From the NCBI RefSeq assembly GCF_009914755.1, contig NC_060931.1: a stretch of DNA of 64,000 bases; one strand, 5' to 3'. Under the pieces are notes generated by a model that saw only the letters and a program-made list of their open reading frames with translations, was not told where the DNA came from and ran no database searches. The first letter of the stretch is position 1, and each line of letters opens with the position of its first letter. Of the stretch, positions 28,488 through 53,849 are shown one piece after another. Made by a program: the position numbers and the translations under genes. This DNA is from the human T2T-CHM13v2.0 reference genome, Homo sapiens.

Positions 28488-29044
28488 CCTCCATGATTTC
28501 AAGGGAAGATTGTCACAGGGAACAGAATTCATTACATGACTCTGCATGAGGAATAAAATATGCAGACGACAGTAGGACTCTCACCTCCTTCATTCTAGAA
28601 TCTATGTTTCTGTTAATGCAGCTGTCTCAGGTAGCTTCATTTTTGCCTTCTTTTCTCCACTTATGGAGACCTCATCCTATGTGAAGGAGTAGATGGAGGA
28701 CAAAAAAGAGACAAAGAAAGAGAAGAGAAGCTTGTGCTATAGAAAAAGGAGAGATGGAAGAGGGGACCTGTCATAGATGCATCTTTTGAAGTGGACACAA
28801 AGCAGGCTTTTTGGAGTGTTTCTGGGAGCCCAACACACAGCCCTCTACATGCGATGTTTGTGAATGTTTTCTTCATGTGAGCCTGGATTTTCTAACACAT
28901 ACTGACAGGCTTCTTAGTGGCAGCTTATGGCAATGAATTGGGTAACAGGAATTTGACAGCAAGCAGATAGCCCAGACTGAGACTTAATTTCTAGTGACAG
29001 GCTGAGAATCACTGGAGACAACCTTTAGGAGGGGAAATAAATGA

Positions 29045-29575
<531 letters not shown>

Positions 29576-29662
29576 TGAATGGTATTATCCTGTGACCCCA
29601 CTATCTAGGGCAGCTAGACAAGAGGCTTCTATTGCCCCAACAGAAAAGAAAAGAAAAAAAGA

Positions 29663-29960
29663 GGCCAGGTGCAGTGGCTCACACGTGCAATCCCAACACT
29701 TTGAGAGGCTGAAGTGGGAGGATCGCTTGAGCCTAGAAGTTCAAGACCAGCCTGGACAACAGGGTGAAACCTTGTCTCTACAAAAGATAAAAAACTTAGC
29801 CAGGAGAGGTGGCATGCACCTGTAGTCTCAACTACTTGGGAGGCTGAGGTGGGAGGATTGCTTGAGCACGGGAGGCAGAGGTTGCAATGAGCCAAGGTTA
29901 TACCACTGCATTCCAGCCTGGCCAACAGCAGGGCCCTGTCTCAACAAAAGAAAAAGAAAA
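29663..29960 (+). mobile_element. AluJ
   Basis: Dimeric Alu. Confidence 0.9.
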
Positions 29961-30406
29961 GAGTAAAGACCATGGTTTAGGGCCTGATGTGAGATAGATT
30001 TAGAAGAATTCATGAGCTAATTTTCCTCTAGGACAGAAGAAAGAGAAAGAATGAGGGAAGAGATGGGGGTGTGACAATGGGGAGGAGATGGTGGCTTCAG
30101 GACAAGAGGACAGGATCAGAGACAACCCTGCCTCTGCAAGGACGTGGGAGCCAATCCCCATTTGAGGGATGCAGTTTTTCAAAGACAGCCCAGACTGGTG
30201 CCCTGTGCATTAGGATCCATGATGACCAGCCTGTCACCTGTGGATAGTCAAAAGAACTAGCTACAAGAACCGCTCTTCTCGCTGCCGAACCAGCTCCCTC
30301 TGCCCTGTGAGCCTCGAGGTAGAGAGTGGACTCATGGGCATTAGAGAGGTGGTGGGGGGCATATGGAAAGAAAGACTGCTCATTTCAGTTCCAAATCTTC
30401 TTTTCA

Positions 30407-30860
30407 AGGCGTGGTGGCTCATGTCTGTGGTCCCAATGCTTTAGGAGGCCGAGGCGGGAAGATCGCTTGAGCCCAGGAGTTCAAGACCAGCCTGGGCAAC
30501 ACAGCAAGACCCTGCCTCTTAAAAAAAATTAAAAAGTTAGTCGGGTGTGGTGGTGCACACCTGTACTCCCAGTTACTTGGGAGTGAGCCACACTGATCAT
30601 GGCACCCTGTCTCTTTAAAAAAAGAAAATCCTCTCCTTAGCCGGGACAGTGGAAACCCAAATTCTTTATTCTCTCTTGCTGGGGGACCACTAGTTGTCTA
30701 ATTATGGCTATTTACACACAAACACTGGTTTTGTTTCTTGTTCATTCTTTCAGGATCATTTGAGCCTGGGGAGGTTGAGGCTGCAGTGAGCTGTGATTGT
30801 GACACTGCGCTCCAGCCTGGGTGACAGAGTGACCCTGTCCCCCACCACCAAAAAAAAAGT
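30407..30860 (+). mobile_element. AluJ with deleted right arm plus displaced right-arm fragment (30752-30860)
   Basis: Breaks at TTGGGAG; AGGATCATTTGAGCC appears ~170 bp later. Confidence 0.75.
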
Positions 30861-31162
30861 GGGATGAGAAATAATGTCATCATCTTGGAAAAATAAAATC
30901 TCCTATTCCTCTCTCTATGTTCTGTGAGTCATACTCAGCCCCAGGTTTCAGCTTAAACATCTCTTTCTCAGGAAGGCCAGTGGTCACCTAGACAGGTAAC
31001 CGTGTTACCTGATATCTATTACTCGGCACACTCAGAACAATTGTTTAACGTCTGTCTTCTCCAGTGAGCCTCCATACAAGCTAGCACCATTGACTCCCTT
31101 TCCCCTCACTGCTTGTGAAAGCCCAGTCATTAGACATCTACATGCGCCATGCTTCATGCTAA

Positions 31163-31580
31163 GTTCTTCCCTTCTTTCTTTTCTTTTCTTTTTCCTTTCC
31201 TCTCCTCTCCTCTTCCTTCCTTTCCTTCCTTTCCTTCTTTCCTCTCTCTTTCTCTCTCTTTCTTTCTTTCTCTGTCTCTTTCTCTCTCTCTCTCTCTCTT
31301 TCTCTCTTTCTTTTTTGAGGCAGGGTCTTGCTCCATCACCGAGGCTGAAGTGCAGTGGTGCAAATCACGGTTCACTGCAACCTTGACCTCCTGGACTCAG
31401 TCCATCTTCCTGTCCTCAGCCTCACAAGTACTTGGGACCACAGATGGGCACCACCCCACCCAGGTAGTTTCTAAATTATGTGTAGAGACACGGTTTTCCT
31501 ATGTTGCCCAGGCTCAAGCGATCCTCCTGTGCTGGCCTTCCAAAATGCTGGGATTAAGGCGTGAGCCACCGCCCAAGGCC
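31163..31580 (-). mobile_element. AluJ with expanded CT-rich tail
   Basis: Pyrimidine tract 31163-31315 then Alu body. Confidence 0.9.
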
Positions 31581-31863
31581 CTGTGCTAAATTCCTTGATA
31601 TATTATGTCTACTGCTTGTAACAACCCTCCAAGGTGTTAATTACTTCCATTATTGTAGACATGAGCAGAAACTGGAAGGTTAAAGAGAATTATCAAAAGC
31701 ATGCCCGGCTAGTAAGTTTTCAGAGCTAGAATTAAACCCAGGTCAACTAGTCATGAAGGCTTCGAACAGTTCCATTCTGTCTTCTTGCCTCTCTGTGTTT
31801 TATTGTACCGTTTGTGGGGATTACTACCTGAGGTTGAATATTTTCCTGTATGTTTCCAGATAG

Positions 31864-32328
<465 letters not shown>

Positions 32329-32529
32329 CTTGGTGTATGTCTTCTATCCATTTACCTTTTTCTTATTTATTGGTAAGAGTTCCACATAGAGTCAATTATT
32401 TTCACGGATGTCTTTTAACTTTGGGTTTTTTGCAGTTTTAGACAGTTGAAAGTTTTAGAGTAATGTTTTCATGTGGTCAAATACAAATCTTTCCTTTTGT
32501 GATTTCTTTAATCACTTCTCAAAGGTTTT

Positions 32530-32842
32530 ATTATTCTTTTTTTCTTTTTAGAGACAGGGGCTCACTCTGTCACCCAGGTTGAAGTGCAATGGCACAATCA
32601 TAACTCACTGTAGCCTTGAACTCCTGGGCTCAAATGATTCTTCCACCTTGGTCGCCCAAGTAGCTGGGGCTACAGGTGTGCACCACCATGCCCAGCTAAT
32701 TTTTGTATTATTATTTTTTTTTGTAGAGATGAGGTCTCACTCTGTTGCTTAGGCTAGTCCTGAAATCCTGGTCTCAAGCGATCTTCCTACCACAGCCTCC
32801 CAAAGTGCTGGGATAACAGGTGTGTGCCACTGTGCCTGGTTT
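32530..32842 (-). mobile_element. AluJ
   Basis: Dimeric Alu. Confidence 0.9.
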
Positions 32843-33053
32843 CTTTTTCTTTTATGATGATAAAAGTGTTATGTGCTTATTATAGAAAATTCAAAAAATG
32901 CAAACAAGTATAAAGATAAAAATACAGTCCCCTATTAACTTTCCACCTACTTTAAGATGACTCAGCAGCATTATATGCCTTTCTTTTTAAAAAATGTATC
33001 ATATATGAAAGAGTAAGTTGAAATGTATGCATACAGTTAAAGGAATATCAATA

Positions 33054-33360
<307 letters not shown>

Positions 33361-33690
33361 GAGATAGAGAAAGATTATCAGTAAAACAAACACCTATGCA
33401 TTATGAACAATGCTATTAGCTTTCTTATATATATATCTCCTGATGCACGTATATAAAAGTATCCTTCAGGAGTGTGTACCCACCACTCAGCTTAGGAAGT
33501 GAAATATTACCAGCTCCTTAGAAAGCCCCAGGTTGCCATGGACTTCCAATATTATCCCCCCATCTCCAGAAACATCCCCTGTTTTCTAGAGGCAACCACA
33601 ATCCTAAATCTATCTTAATCACTCTCTTGGTTTTCTTCATAGTTTTACTATCTAGCTGTCTACCATTAAACAATATAATGCTTAGTTTAG

Positions 33691-33972
<282 letters not shown>

Positions 33973-34339
33973 TAGGCTATTTTTGAACATTATTTCTGAC
34001 ATTTGCTTCTTTCCCTTGATGTTATTGTGTTTTCAAGGTTGGGTTGTGTAAACTGAGAAGGAAAGGACAGTTCATTCATGTTGTTGTTGTAGAGTGTTGG
34101 AGTGTGTGCATATACCATGGGTTATCCATTCTGCTTTTGATGGACATTTGGATTGCTTCCAGCTTTGAGCTATTACGAACAACAATGCTATCAACTTTCT
34201 TACACATGTCTCCTGACACACGTATATAAAAGCATCCTAAAGTGGGCATACCTAGGATTGTCACTGCTGGGTTATATGCACATGTTCAGCTTTCTAACAC
34301 CTCATTCTTTCCCAAAGAGGCTGTAGCAATTTACACTCC

Positions 34340-34457
34340 CACCATACATTCACTCATTCATTCATCAAACACCTTCCAACCCCAGTAGCATGTCAGGTGC
34401 AAATGCCCCAAAAGCCAACATGCCTTTTACCGGGCGCGATGGCTCATGCCTGTAATC
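34340..34457. repeat. Inverted copy of 35886-36003
   Basis: 118 bp, ungapped, about 102/118 identical by hand count. Confidence 0.9.
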
Positions 34458-34904
34458 CCAGCAAGTAAATAACTGGCAGTAAATAATTCATCATTGGTGC
34501 ACATTCACTTGGCATTATTCTACTTGAAATTTCTTGCAGGTTGCTTGGTATGAAGTAATAAGTTAATCATAAAAAATGCTAAAATGGTTCTCATTTTTGA
34601 TGTATTACAGGTATTTTATCAACTGCTGAGAGAATTGGGGTAAAATACTTCCCTGTGATGGTAGAGTTTGTCAATCAATTTCTCCTTATAGAGCTTTTCT
34701 TTTTTTTCCGGCTTTCAGTGTTTTGAGGCTATTAGGTACATGAAAGTCTAAAATTGCTACACCTTCTTGATGTATTGAACCTTTTATCATTATGTAATGA
34801 CCCCTTTATTAAGGCATTTTGCTTCAATCCTGTTTTAAATAATATGAACATGGCTACTTTAGCTTTCCTTTGGTTAGTATTTGGCTGATATATCCCTTTT
34901 TTAA

Positions 34905-35255
<351 letters not shown>

Positions 35256-35475
35256 TAAAAACAGTATTGTCTTAGCCAACCTCCAATATCCAGTTCACAC
35301 CTTGCGTAGCCTTCTCTGACATAGTACGATGGCAGGAGACACACACACACATGCACACATACACACACATATGTATAAATGTATATGTGTGTATATTTTT
35401 ATAATATATGTATATTTTATATATGTATAAATATATGTGTATATTTATGTATGTATAAATATATGTGTGTGTGTA

Positions 35476-35912
35476 TTTTATTTAGAGTTGGAGTCTTGCT
35501 CTGTTGCCTAGGCTGGAGCACAGTGGTGCGATCACAGCTTGCTGTGGTCTTGAAGTCCTGAGCGCAAATGATCCTCTGTCCTCAGCCTCTCTAGTAGCTG
35601 AGACTGCAGGCATGTGCTACCACACCCAGTTATTATTATTTTTTAATTTAATTTTTTGTAGAGACAGGCTCTTGCTCTGTTGCCCAGGCTAGTCTTGAAC
35701 TCCTGGGCTCAAGTGATTCTCCCACCTTGGCCTTTTGAGTATCTGGGACTATAGGTGTGTGCCATCACACTGGCTAATTTATTTATTATTTTTTATATGT
35801 AGAGATGGGTCTCACTACATGGACCAGGCTGGTCCCAAATTCTTGGCCTCAAGATATTCCCCCACCTCAGCCTCCTGAGTCATTAGATTACAGGCGTGAG
35901 CCACTGTGTCCA
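35476..35912 (-). mobile_element. AluJ with an extra left arm (three monomers)
   Basis: Right arm, left arm, left arm separated by T-rich linkers; preceded by TA/CA microsatellite 35339-35475. Confidence 0.8.
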
Positions 35913-36410
35913 GCAGAAGACATGTTGGCTTTTGGGTTCCTTGTGCCTGACATGCTACTGGGGCTGGAAGGTGTTTGATGAATGAATGAGTGAATGTATG
36001 GTGCATATTAAGCAGTATAGATAAGTGGAGGATGGAAAAGTATTCCCTTTCTGATAATGGTGTTTCATTGTAACATGAGTTACTTTTTTCCAAAGCAAAT
36101 TGATATACAGAATTTTCTTTAAAATAAATATATTTTTATTTATCATACCTCCAGCTTCAAAGACACAAAATGAGACACCTGCTTTTCTACGATGGCACCA
36201 GTGACAGAATGGGCTTTTGCACTAGTGGGGGCAATGGCAGCCATGCTCTCCTTCCCGCCATGCTCTCCTTCCCACCATGGTAGCCAGCATCTGTTCTTGC
36301 AAGTGCCCGGATTCTTTTATCTGTTTGCATCTGAGCCTGGGGGGGCTTAGTGCCTTTGTCAGGCATATTTGAGGCAAGGAGAAGGAACTGGGGCTATCAA
36401 GGAGGACTGC

Positions 36411-37091
<681 letters not shown>

Positions 37092-37717
37092 CCACCCCCT
37101 CCCCCCACAAAAAGAAAGGAGAAAGTTTGAAGGGGTCTGCAGCTTGGTGGCAAAGTCATGGGAGTGGGAGGAGCTTACTCATAGCAGCCTTCCCCGTGGG
37201 CTCTGAGAATTGAAGAGAGCCAGGAGAAGGAGGACTCAGGCCTCCAGAGCCTGCCAGTTACTCTGGGATACCCTCAGGAGAGTCATTTCCCCTCTCTGGG
37301 CCTCTGGGAAATGAGAAGGTGGGACTTGCTGCTTTCCAGGCACTTGGGATTTCAGGGTGTGGCTCAGCTGATAAGAACAGAGAAAACAGCCATGGTGCCT
37401 GTCTGTTCTCGGCTGAATGTTCCTTGTAGCAGGTTAAACAAAGCCCTGTAGAGAGAAGCTTGACCACCGGTCTGGGAAGGGCTTCATTCTGCTCACCCGG
37501 TACCTGTGAATCACCTGCTGTGATGGTGTGGCTCAAACTTCCTCCTCTGCCCTGTGGGAGGGTTGAGGACTTTAGTGACCTCTGCTTTTCCCCAGAGTCA
37601 CTTCCCCTTCCAAAGGGCTCAGGCTTTTCTGTCCCATCCCCCCAAGTAGAGGTCTGCTGCTGACCATCACGAACAGAGAGGAAATATTTCTCTTGTGTGA
37701 AAGCACTTTCTATCTTA

Positions 37718-37998
37718 CTTTTTTTTGGAGACAGGGTCTTGCTCTGTTGTCCAGGGTGGTGTGCAGTGGCACAATCATAGCTCACTGTGGCCTTGACCTC
37801 CTGAGCTCAACGGATTCTCCCAAGAGGCTGGGATTACAGATGTGAGTCACCATGCCCAGCAAATCTTAAAAATTTTTAATAGAGACCAGATCTTGCTATT
37901 CTGCCCAGGCTGGTCTCAAACTCCTGGCCTCAAGTAACCCTCCTGTCTTGGCCTCCCAAAGTGCTGGGATTACAGGTGTGAGTGACCACACCTGGCCC
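37718..37998 (-). mobile_element. AluJ with small deletion
   Basis: Dimeric Alu; flanking TCTTAC duplicated. Confidence 0.9.
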
Positions 37999-38024
37999 CT
38001 CTTACATTTAAAAATTAAGGCTGG

Positions 38025-38650
<626 letters not shown>

Positions 38651-38959
38651 AATTAAAATTAAGCTACTAGAGCACTTTGAGGGTTAGCCAAGACAAAATG
38701 CTATTACTTGACCTCAATTTCCTGTTGACCCCTCCAAGCAGTTTAGCTGCTGAGCTCAGCACATTCCTTAAGTCAAAGACCATCTGGCTTTTCTCACCTC
38801 TCTGCCTGGTAGCCTGATGCACATGCCTAGTGCAGAAGGAGGCCCCATGGTGCAGTTGAATCTATAACTTCAGTTTCCCTGAAGGATTGGGGTGGGCGAG
38901 AGGGGCCCTCAAGTAGAGAAAAGAATTGCAAAGCCAGCTCAATTGTCCAACTTCAAATT

Positions 38960-39328
<369 letters not shown>

Positions 39329-39739
39329 TAATGAACCCATGGATTGAAGTGGATAGGGCAGATACAGACCAGGGAGTTGAGGAGGGTACCCTTTCTTCAG
39401 GGGCCTTCCAAGGTCTCCTTTTTTTCCCCGCTGAGATGCTGGGTGCATGGGAAGAAGCCGGCAGGAAGAGTAAGTTTCGGGTTTTGACCTCCACACGGGG
39501 GCTGATGTGAGGAGCTGACCGCTGCACAGGATGGTCTGCATGAGGGATATGGAATGTCAGACCCTCGGGGAGCCCCCAAATCACAGCAGGATTGGCATCA
39601 TCAATGGTGCTCACCTCCCACTTCCAAAACGCCACACTCCTGGTCTCCCTTCTCAAGTCCTGGCTTACAGCTCCGTCTGCAAGAATGGCCTCCGTGTGTT
39701 GGAACCGCAGTGCTCAGCTGGGGCTCTCCTGTCCTGTGA

Positions 39740-40510
<771 letters not shown>

Positions 40511-41094
40511 CAGGTCCATTTGATGACACCGAGTTGTCCCCATTTGGAGCAGGGACGGGTTGTGGAACAAGGTCTGACTCTTGGGTCTAGGTTCTGACAA
40601 GGGCCGATGAGGATCTAGTCAATGAATGTGTTCCAGAGTCACAATTTTGACATTTCCAGAGAAAGAACAGTGCAGTTGTAGTGATCGCTTATTTTTTTTT
40701 TTTCTGGCAGCTTCTGCTCTTTGCTCCTCTGGACACAGACCCCACTCCCTGGGGTCTCCTGGTCCATCCTGGCTATGATGACAGGCAATGACTGAGGTAT
40801 GTCCAACAAACTCTCTTAGCTCCTGGCCACACTCACACTGAAGTTTCTGGGCTGAGTAGCCTGCCAAGCTCCATCATTCTGATTCTCTCTCCTTGAAATC
40901 TGAAGCAGAAACAGAGACGCGGATTGCTGGGAAGAGGTGTTCGGAGTCATGTCACGGTAGCATCCCAGGGAGAAGGTCTGTGGATTCCTGCTGCTGCAGT
41001 TCCCAGAGCTGTTCTGCTTTTGTATTTGCCTGGGATTGTTCTGAGCCTCCTTTAATGGTCTGAGCTTCCCTGGTATCCTTCCAAAGAAGCCCTC

Positions 41095-41240
41095 CCTTTT
41101 TTTTTTTTTTTACGACAGTCTTTCTCTGTCACCCAGGCTGGAGTGCAGTGGTGCAATCTCAGCTCACCACAACTTCCGCCTCCTGGGTTCAAACTATTTT
41201 CCTGCCTCAGCCTCTGAGTAGCTGGTATTACAGGCACCCC
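41095..41240 (-). mobile_element. Alu right arm in an old ERVL/MaLR-like relic
   Basis: TSD AAAGAAGCCCT. Confidence 0.8.
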
Positions 41241-41549
41241 GATGACGCTTAAAGAAGCCCTATTTTTGCTTTGCTTAGTGGGGATTGAATGCTGCTACTT
41301 TCAGGGTGCAAAGAGGCTGCAGAATTGCACAGGGCTGCACTCGGCCCTCAGCACATACCGCAGAGGCACAGAGGGCACAGAGAGGCTAAGCTTGAACGGC
41401 ATCGCCCCCTCCCCACCGAGGACACACTTCTGCCAGGCACCCTGAATTCCCAGCCTGGTGCATCCTGGGAGGAGGGGGCCAAGAAAAGAGTAGCTCTGTT
41501 TCTGTGTCAGTGTCTCACCCAAAAGTTGCAGTTGTTAAGACTACCAGTG

Positions 41550-42962
<1,413 letters not shown>

Positions 42963-42964
42963 AA

Positions 42965-43468
42965 ACTCCTAGAGTTTAAATAACAAAAGCATTAGAAATG
43001 ACCTCACACAGCCCAAGTCGGGAAGTACGCGGTTATGGAGCTGGATCAACACCTCAAACATGTCAGGTGCTGAATCTGAGTTTCTGTGATTCTCAGATGG
43101 ATTTTCATGACTGCAAGATGCTGGTTGCAGCTCTGAGCTTCACTTACCAAGTTAGGAAGGAGGGGCGATCACCCAGATGCTGAAAGAAAGAACCATTCTC
43201 ATCAATGTCCTCCTTTCTATCAGAGAGGAGAAATCTTCCCTAGTAACCGTCTGGCTTATTTCCCCATTGGCTAGAGCTGTAGTCATGTGGCCACCTTTAG
43301 CTCCCTGGGCAGCTGGAATGTGGGCAGCCCATTGGGATTGGAAAGCCTGCTTTGGATTGTCAGGATTCATCCCCTGAGGTTGACACAAAGCTGCCCAAGC
43401 CAATGATGGTTAGCAGAGGAGGCAGGAGGACTGGCTGTTGCCAGGGCGGTTAACTGTGCCTACCACAG
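42965..43468 (-). mobile_element. Old MLT1 (J/K-like) LTR
   Basis: GCAAGATGCTGGTTGCAGCTC, CATTGGCTAGAGCTG..CATGTGGCCACC, terminal CCTACCACA. Confidence 0.6.
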
Positions 43469-43594
43469 TGGCCACATCAGATTCTCAACTTTGCTGCCAG
43501 GGATTTGACAAATAACTATCACCTTTTTCTAAAATGGAAACCCATCAGATGGATAGGAGCATCAACTCATAGGTGAAGGGAATTATGCAAATGA

Positions 43595-44428
<834 letters not shown>

Positions 44429-44877
44429 TGATGTGATGTGGCCCAGCTTACACCACCAACGTGGGTTAGAATTTCAAACAGAGAAATGAATAATAAAATC
44501 TGTCCTGACTAGCAAAAGCCCTGGGGACGTAGCGGAAGCAAATATAAAACTGCTCTTCATGGACTTGGTCACAGTCCAAAGGGCATGAAATCCCATAGAA
44601 AAGACACTCCCCTCCACCTTGGAAGAGAAAATAATAACAGACATTATAACTCATGGGAGGGAGAGTCCCAGCTGTGAATGTATCAGCTTTCCACGAACTC
44701 AAAATGAAGGCACAAGCTGGAAAATTCTATTGAACAGGTACATTTAGTATCATTAAAATGGATAAAGAGAGAGAGAGAGAGAAAGGGAAGATGGAAAACA
44801 CAATGAAACTATATGTATATATTATAAAAAGGCTCAATAGAACTTCTAGGGAAATTATTCACTGGAATTAACCATCA

Positions 44878-45030
<153 letters not shown>

Positions 45031-45236
45031 AGACCATCACTTTTTCATAGTGCTCTTTACTTTTGCACTGATGCTCCCATCCATCAGATGCAAACACACG
45101 TCAGAGCAAGGCTACTCTTGGGGCCCCTTGTAATGAATGTGACAGGTTTGTAGGATGGGGAGAAGTGGCCTAGACCTGTGTGTGAACAGCAGAATCATTC
45201 CCTGTGCAGGAAATCAAATTCTCAACCTTGGCCTAG

Positions 45237-45605
<369 letters not shown>

Positions 45606-46367
45606 GCAATTTTTAATATTTGACTGTTCCCAGCCTTTGTGAGTTTCCTCCTTTGCCTGTGAAGAGAATATCGTCTTTGATGCATGCAACTTCACAGTCC
45701 ACAAGGTGACTCAGCCTTCATCAAATGATTTCCTGCAATTTTTAAAAAATGCTGAATTGAAGAATTTTCCTATGATGAGGGAGAGATGAGAAGTAAAGGC
45801 AAGGACTTGATGAGAAAGGCCCAAAAGAGCTGCATAAGAAGGAGAGGGAGGAAAAAGCCACCTGGGTACGGAAAGTGCCTGGAGAAGGAGGAGAGAGACT
45901 CCTCTGAGTGTGGGGAAGACAAGTCTGTTGGCAACGAGAGGCTCTGCAGAATACAGGAGCACTAGCCAGGAGAGGAAGAAGAGGACACAGTAAGTGTTGC
46001 TAAAGTTAGGGTTTGGATCCTCTGACATTTCTCAAGAGATGCTAGCTAAAGATGGAAATTGCTATTTATTTATTTATTTCGAGGAGAGTCGTTTTTTTTA
46101 AATTCCACGTGGCTCGCACGATCCTCTGAATGCGATTCTCAATAGCGATGGGTGTCAGGAGGTTTCCAACTCTCTATGTCCAGAGGTCCAGTGATCAATG
46201 CACATATACACGTTAACTTGGAAATCCCTTGAACACAGGTGCACACATCTCCTTTCCCTTGGTCTGGGTTAGTGAGGTGCTCCTTAAAGAGTAACAACCC
46301 TTTTGATGGGGGAGCACAAGTGGAAGGTAAACCTCAAGTTGACTGCGGCTATGATTTTGGGGGTATT

Positions 46368-51310
<4,943 letters not shown>

Positions 51311-51749
51311 TACTTTGACCCATGTTTGGGTGGATACAGATGGAGAGAAGGGAAAATGAAGAGTGGCAAGAAGGAGACAAAGAATTCAGCAGAAGTAGTG
51401 AATTGCAGCAAGAAGTAGCTAGAAGAAATGTAAGCTTTCCCCTCCACTAAAGAATTCTGATGTATTGGAAAGATCTTAGACTTCTTGCTATATAAGGGAT
51501 GAAGCTCAATGTTTTTATTGAAGTTCTAAAAGACAAGGTTGACTTTAGCAGTCTGGAGGACTTAGGGACACCTGAGACAGATGACTTCTAGGGGAAATAT
51601 GTCCCTCTACTCTTGGTTCGGCCTTTTGTGTGCAAATTAATCAATGCATTTGATGAAGCTTCCAAGTCATCACCCAGGCCAATGCCCAGCATATGACAGG
51701 TACTTTATATACACCTGTCAGATGAGTGACTGAGTGAAATGTCATCAAC

Positions 51750-52125
<376 letters not shown>

Positions 52126-53849
52126 CGTTCATTTTCAGGATTGAACACTCTGCCATTACTTTTTCATTACATTTCCATCATTTTCTTCCTTCCTTCCTTT
52201 CTATCGCTCTCTTTTAAAGTAAAGCTTAAAATAGTTTCTCCTATGGCCATAGAATTGGAAACAACTGTAGTGGCAATCTAATTCAAGCTTCGTGCTTTCT
52301 GTGTGAGGAAAGGGAGGCTCAGAGAAGCCAAGTGGTCCCCTCATCTGGGGCATCTGGGGTTTCGGTCACCTGCAGCACCATTGCAAAGCTGAGCTTGAGC
52401 TTGTTCTCCTCTAGCCACAAATCAGTTGCAGTTCAGGACCCTCAAAACAACCCAAATATTTAATATCTGCATTGTTGGAAGTTACAGTGCAGGTGCCCAT
52501 TCAGGACCAGGAGACTTGTAGCTTGAAACATGGCAGTCACTGCATCAGTGTGCTGGAAAGTGGACAGGCAGATACAGTGCAAGGGCAGAGTCAGCAACAA
52601 ACACTGTCCACACCTCCTCCTCCAGGAGGAGGCTGTTCTGAGACCTGGAGAAAGGCTTCATTTCCTGGCTAGTCCCCTGATAGGTCACACATTCCCGGAG
52701 GCTGCCTTTGTCGCCCCTCATCTTTCCTGGCCCCTGAAGCCATTTAGTTGCTTCTCCAGCAAAGGGCTGAGGCAGCAGCCTTGCAAATCTCCATGACCCA
52801 CCTTGTCTTGCCCAGAATGCATTTGGTGCACGTGTCCATAAATATTTTAGGCCGTGCTGCTTAGTTATTAATGGAGTGAAATGAAAGATAATTCTTTAGC
52901 CTCTCCCCTTCTCTACAGGTTGAAAACGAGAGCCAGAGTTTGAAGGGCTGGAGTGACAGGTGTTTAGGGACTTGGGATGCTGGGGGTGAAGCTGCAGATG
53001 AATTTTCTCTGTCCCGTCCTTATTGTGAAAAGAGGGCCCTGGTCCCTTGATTCCAAAGAACCAGAGTTACCCTCTTTTCCCCTGATCCCTGGAAGGTGGG
53101 GTACAGATGTTGTCCTGTGACGCCTGTCCCCACTTCGTGCACGGAGCGGACTGCCCAGCATGCACAGATGGAATGGGAACAACTGCAATGACCACCTTCG
53201 GAAGAGTGAGCCTGGGAGGCCCCCTGGAGCCCCAACTTGGGGCGGAGGCTGGTGACCTGTCAGCCACTCTCAGACAGTCCCACCCTATGGCCTGAAAGGG
53301 TGGTGGCCAGGTAGGTGGTTGACTTTCCTCCCTGCCCCCTCTTCCTTATTCAGTGTTAAAGAGCTAGCATTTGAGGGTGGCCTCGGGTGACAAATTCCCC
53401 ACTGTTAAAACCCCCCGTGGGTTGGCAGCAGCCAGGAAGAACCGGCTTTTTGTCTGGGAGTAGAGGCAAGGGCGATGGCTTATCTCACTGTTCCTTTTCA
53501 TTTGGGACATAATACATCCCACAAAGCTCAGGTCCCGCACTGAAAAAATCAATTACATTGCACAGCATTTTTAGTGCTCTGAGTCTCCGAGCAAAGGAAA
53601 TAGGTGAGACATTGTCGTCATGGTAGCTGGTCGCAAATCGTCTCTTAAAATAGTATCCACGCTCTGTAAGTAGGGGCTTCATGCTTCAAGACTAATAGCG
53701 AAGACATACTCTCACCACGCCTCCTCTTGTGTTTACATGGGAGCTGCCGCTCGACCTGGCTCTGGGAGGAGCCTCCTTCCTGAATGGACTGAAGCTCCCA
53801 GCTCCAGGCCACAACCTGGGATTTAGGCTCAGGGATTGCTACTCTTGTC

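Noticed and set aside
36218-36236. CTCF-like GCACTAGTGGGGGCAA
   Set aside because: Spacing does not fit the CTCF core
37258-37785. 175-aa ORF
   Set aside because: Starts in an Alu; no recognisable homology or exon structure
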